NCBI GenBank assembly: GCA_029862185.1
Contig: JAOTXX010000006.1
Coordinates: forward strand, 12,486 to 76,485
Reading direction: 5' to 3'
Origin: Myxococcales bacterium
GTDB lineage: Bacteria > Myxococcota_A > Polyangia > Polyangiales > Houyiibacteriaceae
Length of the DNA: 64,000 nucleotides
Shown here: positions 27,762 through 36,363 of the stretch, in pieces
Layout of the letters: each line of letters opens with the position of its first letter
Numbering within the stretch: the stretch's first letter is position 1
The notes under the pieces: model-generated
Told to the model about the DNA's origin: nothing
Database searches by the model: none
The model's input: the letters and a program-made list of their open reading frames with translations, nothing else
Made by a program: the position numbers and the translations under genes

Positions 27762-28949
27762 TCAGGCCGTGCGGTCCAGCGCAGCGACCAGATCCGCGAT
27801 CAGCTCCGCCGTGTCTTCGATGCCCACCGCATAGCGAATGAGGTTGTTCCGGATGCCGATCGCCTCGCGCTCTTCGGTGCTGAGCTCGAAGTAACTCATC
27901 AGCGCCGGCTGCTCAATTAAGGACTCGACCCCGCCAAGACTCGGCGCGATTCTCGGGATCCGACACGCGTCGACGACACGACTGGTTCCGTGGAGATCAG
28001 CGTCGACTTCGAAGGTCACGACGCCGCCGAAGCCGGTCATCAGGCGCTTGGCCGTCTCGTGGTTGGGGTGAGACGGTAGTCCTGGATACCAAACCCGGCG
28101 CACCCGCGGATGCTGCTCCAAGCGTTCGGCAAGCGCCTGCGCAGAGGCATTCTGCTGTTCGACACGAAGCGCCAATGTCTTGATGCCGCGGTGGACCAGA
28201 TACGCCGCGTGCGGATCGAGGCAGGCGCCATAGACACTCCGGAGGTCGCGAACCAGGGAAACGATTCCGGACTTCCCCGCCACGACACCCCCGAGGACGT
28301 CGTTGTGGCCTGCTAAATACTTGGTCGCGCTGTGCACTACGATGTCGATCCCGAAGCTTGCCGGCCGGAAGTTGACCGGCGTCGCAAAGGTGCTGTCGAT
28401 CAGGGTCTTCACCTTCTTCGCGCGGCAAATTTCAGCGAGCTGCTCGAGGTCAGGAACGGTCTGGTAGGGATTGGTCGGGGCCTCCGCGATCACCAGACGC
28501 GTCTCGGGTCGAATGGCCGCCCTCAGCGCCTCCACGTCCGCAGGCGGGACGAGAGTGCTCGAAACCCCAAAGCGGTCGAGGAAAGTCGTGACGAACTGAC
28601 GCGTTCGACGGTAGCAGTCGGCGAACAGGATTACGTGGGACCCGGACTTGACGAGGGCCAGAATCGTTGAGGTCATGGCGGCCATGCCGCTCGCGAAGGC
28701 AGCCGCGTCCTCCGTGTCTTCGAGAGCCGCGACCTTCTCTTCGACCAGCCGCACCGAGGGGTTCCCGTAGCGCCCGTATTCTTCGCGATCTTTTCGCCCT
28801 TCGAAATAGGCAATGAGCTCCGCGGTGTCCGCAAACGAATAGGTGGCCGTCTGCGTAATCGGGGCGACCAGGGCGTCGTACGGATACGTCCTCGGCTCAC
28901 CACCATGAACCGCCAGCGTCTTCTGGGAGATGTCCTTCTCGTCAGGCAC
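27762..28949 (-). CDS. PLP-dependent Cys/Met metabolism enzyme (cystathionine gamma-synthase / beta-lyase family)
   Basis: HSATKYLAGHNDVLGG contains the PLP lysine. The fold-type I trans-sulfuration family layout is present. GTG start. Confidence 0.9.
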   Translation of the reverse strand: MPDEKDISQKTLAVHGGEPRTYPYDALVAPITQTATYSFADTAELIAYFEGRKDREEYGRYGNPSVRLVEEKVAALEDTEDAAAFASGMAAMTSTILALVKSGSHVILFADCYRRTRQFVTTFLDRFGVSSTLVPPADVEALRAAIRPETRLVIAEAPTNPYQTVPDLEQLAEICRAKKVKTLIDSTFATPVNFRPASFGIDIVVHSATKYLAGHNDVLGGVVAGKSGIVSLVRDLRSVYGACLDPHAAYLVHRGIKTLALRVEQQNASAQALAERLEQHPRVRRVWYPGLPSHPNHETAKRLMTGFGGVVTFEVDADLHGTSRVVDACRIPRIAPSLGGVESLIEQPALMSYFELSTEEREAIGIRNNLIRYAVGIEDTAELIADLVAALDRTA

Positions 28950-29033
28950 TAAGGCCGGAGCCTAGGTGAGCGGATCCGACGGTGCAAGCACCAGTTCCGT
29001 AAGCACAAACGCGTCAGCCCTCTCTCCGAAACG

Positions 29034-32000
29034 CTAGAGCTGCGTGCAGGTTCCCGCGCTTGCGTCGCGTACGCAGTCGAAAGACGGGTCGCCGGCGCCG
29101 GGAACGGACGCCTGCCCGTTGCGTACGTAGAGCCGGTCGGTGGACGGGCCGGTGAACATCGGAGCAGAGCCGGCGTAGATCACCGCGGCGTAGTCCTCGG
29201 AATGCGTCAACGCGACCACACCGATGGTCGCCACCGAACCGCTTCTGAAGTTGACGTTGCCCGTGTTGGCGCTGCGACCGCCATAGGAAACGATCACATG
29301 ATCGAGAATCGATCCGTCCGAGCCCTGTGCGAAGTCGATGCCGCGCCAGAACGTGGGCGTGGCGATGTCCATGCTCGTGAAGGTGATCGAATCGGCGCTC
29401 GTGCCCTGGGCATCGAGAACACCGTCGTTGCCCTCGCCCACTCGAAGGCGTCGATCGCTGGCAAATCGAAGCTCGCTTCCAGGCTCGATGGTCCAAATCG
29501 GTACCGGATCGAACGGATTCGACTGCCGGAGCTCGAAGTCGCCGTGCATCATGTACGGAACGTCGTTCCGAGGCCAGGTCGCGGTCGTGTTGACGACGTC
29601 GCCGACGACCCAGAACCCGTCGTGGCCGAAGGTGCCGGTCGTGTTGTTTCCAGCCAACGAATTGCCTGTGCCAAAGCGTCCGACGAAGTTTCCGTTCATG
29701 CGAACCGCGGAGAAGCGAGAGCCGATGACCGTGTTGTCATTGCACGCGCCGCCGCAATGGGTCGTGTCTGCGAATGTCATGCCGTATCCGTTGCTGCCGG
29801 CGATCACAGTGTCCGTGATGGCCGGGGTTGCGGGAGCGCCGCCATTGGGCTCCACGGTGATCGCAGCGCGCGTGGTCGCAGCACCCGACGTTGGGCTCGA
29901 GCCGGCCGACTGCAACACTGCGTTTGCGATGCTCGTGGGGCCCGCGCCGCTACCTCGGAGGCGGATCCGGTTCCAGTAGTCTGCCCCAGCAACCGGCTCG
30001 AAGACGACGGGCTCGCTCGATGTCCCATCGACCACGAGCTGGCTGTCGGTCATCCTGATCGCGCCATCGAGAGGCATCTCAATTCTGTTCCCCGCATGGA
30101 TGTTCAGCGAGCCGTTCGTAATCGCGAGGCTGCCCGTAGGACGAATCGGCTGCGTCGAGGCATCGCTCGCGACCGGCTTGTGCCAAACCATGTCCGCCCC
30201 GATGATCGACCCAGCACGGACCTGCAGCGGGGCCTCGTAGGTGTTCGAGGGGCTGAGAACGTCGTCGAAGCCAGCCATCGTGGCAGTGACCGAAGTGCCG
30301 GTCACATCGAGCACGTTGTTCTCGAACGAGCTCAGCCCGGCGTCATCCGAAACGTAAACGCCCAGCGCTCCCGCTTCGTCGCTCCGAAACAGGCAGTTCT
30401 CGACGATGGCAACACGGGCACCTGGCGCGACTGGATTGTCGACGCGTAGACCCCCATTGACCCCCGCGCCGAAGCCTTCGACTTGGGCGTTTCGGAGGAC
30501 CGTGCCCGCTCCAATGCGATCGTTCAGGTAGATGCCATCCCAAGTGCCGCTGTCGGGCATCATTCGAATCGGCGCCTCCGGGCTGCCCGCCGCGACGAGG
30601 GTCCCATCCTCTCCATTCGTAGAAACCGTGAGTCGCCGGGCCGAGGCAAATCGCATCTCCGTTCCGGGCGCGATCGTCATGGTGCTTCCGGCGCGAACGA
30701 GGATGTCGTTGCTGAGATAGAACGGCACGCCGTAGTTGGCCCAGGAGGCGTCCGCCCGGCTGACGAGAGAGCCACGCACGAAGACCCTGTCCTCTCCATT
30801 GCCGAAGAGGTCGAGGTTGCTGCCAAGTGTCGAGACCTCGTCCGAACCGATGTTGATCGGAGACCTCCCGTTGGCCGTGAGCTGATTGCCGTCGAACCAA
30901 TCGATGCTCTCCGAGCCGGCGCCCGCCTGTGCGTAGAGTCCGTAGTTCAGGCTCTCCCGAACGATCGAGTCGATGATGACGGGCGCCGAGCCGCTGAGTA
31001 CTTCGACCGCGCCACGATTCGTGTCCGTGTCCACCCTTCCGCCGAATTCGACGACCACATTGCGAAGCGTCGTCGTGGCCGAAATGATGTTCGCCCCGAA
31101 TCGAAGGCCTCGGTAGTGGCCGCTTGGCGCCGGGCCAGCGATGCTCTGAAAGCGTGTGAACACGATCTGATCGTCGACCCTGGCTTGTCCCCCATCGGCC
31201 ACCAAGGCGCCCGCCGTTCCGGTTCCGACGTCGATCCGGCGATTGGTTCCGGCGGCCAGCATGACGACGGCGCCGGGCTCCACCGTCAGGGTTGCTCCGT
31301 TTTCGATGACCAGGTCACCCGTGATCACGTGCGGGCTGTCGATGGCACGGAGCGTGATGTCCACGCCGACGCTGCCGCCCAAGGTCGTCCCGTTGCCTTC
31401 CGTCACGGTGAAACGCTTCGTGAGCGTCGTGGTCGATCCCTGATCGACCACGACATCGTAAACTCCTGACGGCCGGGCCGCGTCGATGGGCACCACTGCC
31501 GTCAGCGTCGACTCGTCGACGAACGTGGTGCCGAGCGTCTCGCTGTAGGCGCCGAGCTCGAGGCGAATGAGCGGCGTGGCCGTTGCAACGAAGCCGGCGC
31601 CGCGAACGATGATCGGGACATCGGACTGCCGGCGTCCCGCAGCCGGCGTAATCGAGTCGACGTGCGGCGCTGCGGCAATGACCGTGATGTCGATCGTTGC
31701 GCTATCGGCTCCTTCGCTGTTGGTTGCCACCACGTCGAAGGAATAGGCGCCGATGTCCGCGTTCTCGGGCGCCGGATTGCTCGGCGATGCCGACAGCAAC
31801 CCCGTCAGTGGATCGAATTCGAGGAAATTCGGAAAGGTGCCCGAAATGCTCAGAACAGGTGTCGGATTACCGGTCGCCATCGCCGACGCGCCAGAGAAAC
31901 TCTGTCCGACGCTCACTGCGAATGTCGTGCCCGGCGTGACCGTGAGAATGGGCGTCGCCGGTGGATAGACCGCGTCGACCGTGATTGTTGCCTCATCGCC

Positions 32001-33173
32001 CTCCCCGAGCACATTCTCGGCACGGACCGTGTAGCTGTACTCGAGCTCGCCATCAGTCTCCGACGCAGTGAAGCTCACCTCGCCGCTGTCCGGATCGATC
32101 GTGATCGCCAAATCGGCCGGAAGGGTCGCGCCAGTGAGGCTCCAGACCACGGCCGGACTTTCGCTTTCCGGAGTGAGGTTGACATCGTACTGGTATCCGG
32201 TTCCAACGAACATGGTCGTGGGCGGCGGCACGGTGACCAAGTCGATTTCCGGGACTGGCGGACGCGGATCTACCGTGACGATGAACTCCTGAACGTTCGG
32301 CTCCCCGAGCCCATTGTCCACCTGGAGCGCGATACTGTAGTCGCCAGGCGCAGCGCCGGCGGTGTCCCAGGCGACGGTCACGGCCTCCCCTTCGGGTGGG
32401 GCGCTCAGGAAGGTCACGCCCGATGCAGACGTGCCTGCCGATGGGTCTTGCACGCTCCATTCGATCGTGGGTGCGCCGGAGGCTACCGCATCGTAGTGAA
32501 GCACTTCCCTGGCGTACACGCGCTCGGGGGGCGTGGAGGTGATCACGGCAGGACCGCCGGAATCGATCACGGTGATGGTGAACTCCTGATCGCCGAACAC
32601 TCCGCTTTCAACCTCGGTGGCACGAAGGACGACGGCCTGTTCGCCGGCTTGATCGGCGCTGGGTCTCCAACGGACCGCCCCGGTACTCGCATCGATCGTC
32701 AGCCCTTCCGGCGCGACGGCAGCGCTCCACGAAACCGGACTGCTCGCAACGACTTCGGGATCGTATGCGTACTGTGCACCAACCGTTGCTTCGGTGGGCG
32801 GCTCCGTAACGAAAACGGGCCCGCTGAGGCCCGCGACTTCCACATCGAACGCCTGTGCATCGAAGCCAGCCAGATTCGTCGCGCTCACTTCGATCGAGAC
32901 GGTGCCTTGGCTTTGCGGAGTCCAGGTCACGATCCCGGAAGCGGGATGGATCGCGAATCCCTGAGGGCCGGATACCAGCGCGAACCGGAGGGGCGTCATG
33001 CCATCGGCGACGACCGTGTAGTTGAACGGCACGCCGACGATGGCCGTCTGCGGTGGCGTCGTCGTGATCTCGGGCGCGACTCGCGCATTGGGCGTGGATC
33101 CCCCGCCACAGGCCCCCAGGGCCACACAAACAGCCGCGCACGCAGCCAACCAGTTACGCATAGGTCGAATCAT
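29034..33173 (-). CDS. Giant surface lipoprotein: five Ig-like modules, one IPT/TIG-like module, and three beta-helix-like modules
   Basis: Lipobox VALGAC (Cys22). Five ~90-aa modules of the form P.I...PP..A.VG..Y.Y.V.A.G. One module is PHVDSITPAAG...VRGAGF. Three modules recur with the pattern T(I/V)(E/A)PG...RFA..RRL.V....G.L.A.G. Confidence 0.8.
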   Translation of the reverse strand: MIRPMRNWLAACAAVCVALGACGGGSTPNARVAPEITTTPPQTAIVGVPFNYTVVADGMTPLRFALVSGPQGFAIHPASGIVTWTPQSQGTVSIEVSATNLAGFDAQAFDVEVAGLSGPVFVTEPPTEATVGAQYAYDPEVVASSPVSWSAAVAPEGLTIDASTGAVRWRPSADQAGEQAVVLRATEVESGVFGDQEFTITVIDSGGPAVITSTPPERVYAREVLHYDAVASGAPTIEWSVQDPSAGTSASGVTFLSAPPEGEAVTVAWDTAGAAPGDYSIALQVDNGLGEPNVQEFIVTVDPRPPVPEIDLVTVPPPTTMFVGTGYQYDVNLTPESESPAVVWSLTGATLPADLAITIDPDSGEVSFTASETDGELEYSYTVRAENVLGEGDEATITVDAVYPPATPILTVTPGTTFAVSVGQSFSGASAMATGNPTPVLSISGTFPNFLEFDPLTGLLSASPSNPAPENADIGAYSFDVVATNSEGADSATIDITVIAAAPHVDSITPAAGRRQSDVPIIVRGAGFVATATPLIRLELGAYSETLGTTFVDESTLTAVVPIDAARPSGVYDVVVDQGSTTTLTKRFTVTEGNGTTLGGSVGVDITLRAIDSPHVITGDLVIENGATLTVEPGAVVMLAAGTNRRIDVGTGTAGALVADGGQARVDDQIVFTRFQSIAGPAPSGHYRGLRFGANIISATTTLRNVVVEFGGRVDTDTNRGAVEVLSGSAPVIIDSIVRESLNYGLYAQAGAGSESIDWFDGNQLTANGRSPINIGSDEVSTLGSNLDLFGNGEDRVFVRGSLVSRADASWANYGVPFYLSNDILVRAGSTMTIAPGTEMRFASARRLTVSTNGEDGTLVAAGSPEAPIRMMPDSGTWDGIYLNDRIGAGTVLRNAQVEGFGAGVNGGLRVDNPVAPGARVAIVENCLFRSDEAGALGVYVSDDAGLSSFENNVLDVTGTSVTATMAGFDDVLSPSNTYEAPLQVRAGSIIGADMVWHKPVASDASTQPIRPTGSLAITNGSLNIHAGNRIEMPLDGAIRMTDSQLVVDGTSSEPVVFEPVAGADYWNRIRLRGSGAGPTSIANAVLQSAGSSPTSGAATTRAAITVEPNGGAPATPAITDTVIAGSNGYGMTFADTTHCGGACNDNTVIGSRFSAVRMNGNFVGRFGTGNSLAGNNTTGTFGHDGFWVVGDVVNTTATWPRNDVPYMMHGDFELRQSNPFDPVPIWTIEPGSELRFASDRRLRVGEGNDGVLDAQGTSADSITFTSMDIATPTFWRGIDFAQGSDGSILDHVIVSYGGRSANTGNVNFRSGSVATIGVVALTHSEDYAAVIYAGSAPMFTGPSTDRLYVRNGQASVPGAGDPSFDCVRDASAGTCTQL
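31674..33074 (-). repeat. Tandem array of five ~90-aa Ig-like (putative-Ig/cadherin-like) coding repeats inside the giant lipoprotein gene
   Basis: The repeats are recognised by eye at the protein level, approximately aa 34-500. Boundaries are approximate. Confidence 0.55.
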
Positions 33174-33414
33174 TCGGTTCTCTTCCGTGGCCCGAATTAC
33201 TATGCTAACAGATTATTATGTCTACATCGTCACCGAGGGGCGAATTTTCAGCGCTGAGCGCCGGTTTTCGTTCATTTGCGCCGGTCGCTCAGGTCTGTGA
33301 GGACTTGATCGATGGCGATGTCGACTCGCAATTGCATCACCGACTTCTTTCGTGTGTCATATGAACGACTTAGCGCCTGCGGGACATCTTCGATCGTAGC
33401 TAGAAGGCGCACTT

Positions 33415-33431
33415 TTGCAGTTGCACATCAA
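33415..33431. promoter_or_regulatory. LysR-type T-N11-A box candidate
   Basis: TTG-cagttgcacat-CAA lies 17-33 nt upstream of the LysR ATG. Confidence 0.2.
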
Positions 33432-33447
33432 AGGTTAGGCTGCGACG

Positions 33448-34344
33448 ATGCAGGCCATGTTTAACTGGGACGATGTGCGCTACTTCCTCACGCTGCAGCG
33501 CCACGGGACCCTTGCTGCAGCTGGCACTGCACTATCGCTGGACCCGACGACCGTCGGGCGGCGCTTGGTGAAGCTCGAGGAGGAGCTCGGCGCACGCCTC
33601 TTTGATCGAACCCCCACCGGATACGTCCTGACCGACGCCGGCCATCGCCTGTTGCCCCGGGCCGAACGGATCGAGCGGGAGGCTCTCGGCGTCGAGCGAG
33701 ACGTAGCGGGTGAAGATCAGAAGCTCGAGGGTGTCGTCCGACTCACCGCCACCGAAATGCTGACGACACGGTTCATCGCCCCACACCTGCGTCGCTTTCG
33801 CGAGCGCTACCCCGAAATTCAACTCGAGCTCAACTGCACCAACCTGGAAGTGAACCTCGCCCGGCGCGAAGCCGACATCGCCCTGCGTCTCGCTCGCCCG
33901 ACGCAAGAGGACCTGATCATCAAGCGGCTCTCGTTCATTCACTTGGGGCTCTACGCATCGCGCGACTACGTCGATCGTTTTGGTCTTCCCAAGGACTCTT
34001 TGGCGGGGCATCAGATGATCCTCTTCACCGACGTGCGTCCGTTTCGCCGCGAAAATGATTGGGTCGAGGCTCGGATGGACGGAGCCCGGGTCGCTCTGCG
34101 TTCCGACAGCGTGTCAGCAACGTATTCCGCAACCGTGGCAGGCACGGGGATCGGCCTCCTCCCTTGCCTCGTCGCCGATTACGACCCCCACCTGGTGCGT
34201 GTTCCGCTCGAAGGTGAGCCCGAGCCTCGACAGATCTGGCAAGCCGTTCACAAGGATCTTCGCGACAGCGCACGCATCCGCGCCGTCCTCGATTTCCTGG
34301 GGAAAATCCTCGCCGTGCCAGTCGACAGCGCCTCTGCGGCCTAG
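33448..34344 (+). CDS. LysR-family transcriptional regulator
   Basis: N-terminal winged HTH WDDVRYFLTLQRHGTLAAAGTALSLDPTTVGRRL, followed by a LysR substrate-binding domain. Confidence 0.9.
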   Translation: MQAMFNWDDVRYFLTLQRHGTLAAAGTALSLDPTTVGRRLVKLEEELGARLFDRTPTGYVLTDAGHRLLPRAERIEREALGVERDVAGEDQKLEGVVRLTATEMLTTRFIAPHLRRFRERYPEIQLELNCTNLEVNLARREADIALRLARPTQEDLIIKRLSFIHLGLYASRDYVDRFGLPKDSLAGHQMILFTDVRPFRRENDWVEARMDGARVALRSDSVSATYSATVAGTGIGLLPCLVADYDPHLVRVPLEGEPEPRQIWQAVHKDLRDSARIRAVLDFLGKILAVPVDSASAA

Positions 34345-34357
34345 TCATGCGGGAGGA

Positions 34358-35494
34358 CTAAGAGAGCGCGATTCCGTCCGGCCCCATCTTGACCGAAAGG
34401 CGACGTGCGCCCCAGGCCCCGGGGCTAGGCTCGAAAACGCCGGCGCAGCGCGTACCGCACGTCGGACAGCACCCGTCCCGCAGGTTCCACTCGAGAATCT
34501 CATACCAGTCCCGGGTGATCAGCGCCGTCCCGCATCCGGCGCAGCACGTGGTATCGCCTTCCGGATCATGAACGTTGCCGGTGTAGACGTGATGAACACC
34601 TTCTTGCATGGCGATGCTTCTGGCCCGGTGCAAGGTCGTGCGTGAGGTCGGAGGCACATTCAGCATCTTGTAGCTGGGATGGAAGGCCGAGAAATGAAGC
34701 GGCACGTCGGGGCCAAGCTCTTCGACGATCCAAGCGCTCATTCGCCGGAGTTCGTCATCGCTGTCGTTGTGCTCGGGGATGACGAGGTTGGTGATCTCGA
34801 ACCAGACGTCGGTCTCGTTCCGTAGATAGCGCAAGGTGTCGAGCACCGGCGCCAGTCGTCCGCCGGCGATGCGCCGGTAGAAGTCGTCGTCGAAGGCCTT
34901 CAAATCGATGTTGGCCGCGTCGATGAAAGAGAAGAACTCAGCCCTCGGCTCCGAGTTGATGTAGCCGGCCGTCACTGCGACCGTTCGAGTGCCGGCGTCC
35001 TTGCACGCGGCTGCCACATCCCGCGCATACTCGAGGAAGATCACCGGGTCGTTGTAGGTGAAGGCAACGCTGCGGCAGCCGAGTCGCTCCGCCGCCCGAA
35101 CGATTTCTTCGGGCCCGGCGGCATCGGCGAGCGTGTCCATCTGCCGCGATTTCGAAATGTCCCAGTTTTGGCAAAACTTGCAGGTCAGATTGCAGCCGGC
35201 TGTTCCAAACGAAAACACGGGCGTCCCAGGCAGGAAGTGGTTCAGGGGCTTCTTCTCGATTGGGTCGACTGCGAATCCACTCGACCGAGCGTAGCTGGTG
35301 AGCACGATCGCGTCGTCCTCACGTGCACGGACGAAGCAAAGCCCGCGTTGCCCCTCACTAAGCTTGCAGGCTCGCGGGCAGAGCTCGCAAAGGAGCCGCC
35401 CGTCGTCGAGTCGACTCCAGTAGTCGGTCGCGACCGTCGAACTGAGCGAACCTGCCATCAGAATTACGATGCGCATTGGCCCGGCTAAGCGCAA
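34358..35494 (-). CDS. AmmeMemoRadiSam system radical SAM enzyme (AmrS-like)
   Basis: The N-terminal segment C.LCPRAC.L..GQRGLCFVR and the radical SAM cluster motif GCNLTCKFCQNW match. The C-terminal Cys-rich tail is CCAGCG...CCPTCG. The true start may be at an internal Met (35476 or 35458). Confidence 0.85.
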   Translation of the reverse strand: MRLAGPMRIVILMAGSLSSTVATDYWSRLDDGRLLCELCPRACKLSEGQRGLCFVRAREDDAIVLTSYARSSGFAVDPIEKKPLNHFLPGTPVFSFGTAGCNLTCKFCQNWDISKSRQMDTLADAAGPEEIVRAAERLGCRSVAFTYNDPVIFLEYARDVAAACKDAGTRTVAVTAGYINSEPRAEFFSFIDAANIDLKAFDDDFYRRIAGGRLAPVLDTLRYLRNETDVWFEITNLVIPEHNDSDDELRRMSAWIVEELGPDVPLHFSAFHPSYKMLNVPPTSRTTLHRARSIAMQEGVHHVYTGNVHDPEGDTTCCAGCGTALITRDWYEILEWNLRDGCCPTCGTRCAGVFEPSPGAWGARRLSVKMGPDGIALS

Positions 35495-35544
35495 GTGGGA
35501 TCGGCGTGCATTGACAAGCGTTCAATCATGCGCACGTTCAACCA

Positions 35545-36363
35545 GTGGCGACGGTGCGAGCAGCAGCGGTGGCCGGTTCCTTTTATCCAGGCGACACCTA
35601 TGCCTTGCGCGCCGTGGTTCGTGAATACCTCGATGCGGCACGCGAAACCACTGAACCTCGCGATCCTTGGCCGAAGGCGCTGATCGTGCCGCATGCCGGC
35701 TACATGTACTCGGGTCCGGTTGCCGCCTCGGCTTTCATACAAATCGAGGCTTCACGGGAACGGGTTTCTCGCGTCGTGTTGATTGGGCCGAGTCACCACA
35801 TTTGGTTCGCCGGCCTCGCAGTTCCGAGCAGCACAGCCTTCCACACACCCTTGGGCTCCGTCGACATCGACGAAACGGCGCGCCAGCAAATCCTGCGTTT
35901 TCCGTTCGTCGATGTTCTCGACGATGCGCATCACAGGGAGCACTCGCTCGAGGTGCAGCTGCCATTTCTCCAGGAGCTGCTCGGCGATTTCGCCGTGCTT
36001 CCAATCGCGGTCGGCCGCGCGTCACCGGCACAAGTGGAAGAAGTCCTAGAAGCCCTATGGGGCGGGGAGGAAACCCTCATCGTCGTGAGCTCCGATCTAA
36101 GCCACTACTTCGACTACGACACCGCGAAGCGCATGGACACCGCGACTGCATCGGCGATCGAATCGTTGGAACCCCAGCGGATTCATTCGGATGACGCCTG
36201 CGGGCGCATCGGGATGCAGGGGCTTTTGAAAGCCGCGCGGCGACACGGGCTCATAGCGCGGACCTTGGATCTGCGAAGCTCGGGTGACACCGCAGGCGGC
36301 CGAGAAGAGGTCGTCGGCTACGGCGCGTGGGAGCTCACGGCGGCTAGGAACGGCTCGCCGTAG
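35545..36363 (+). CDS. AmmeMemoRadiSam system protein B (Memo-like)
   Basis: AAVAGSFYPGD, LIVPHAGYMYSG, HSLEVQLPFL and SSDLSHY are Memo-family motifs. GTG start. Confidence 0.85.
   Translation: MATVRAAAVAGSFYPGDTYALRAVVREYLDAARETTEPRDPWPKALIVPHAGYMYSGPVAASAFIQIEASRERVSRVVLIGPSHHIWFAGLAVPSSTAFHTPLGSVDIDETARQQILRFPFVDVLDDAHHREHSLEVQLPFLQELLGDFAVLPIAVGRASPAQVEEVLEALWGGEETLIVVSSDLSHYFDYDTAKRMDTATASAIESLEPQRIHSDDACGRIGMQGLLKAARRHGLIARTLDLRSSGDTAGGREEVVGYGAWELTAARNGSP

Noticed and set aside
35495-35544. TTGACA and a duplicated GTTCAA in the AmrS/AmrB divergent spacer, considered as defined promoters or operators.
   Set aside because: No acceptable -10 hexamer lies at 16-18 nt spacing from the TTGACA. 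The repeat is only 6 nt. The evidence is not enough for a feature call.
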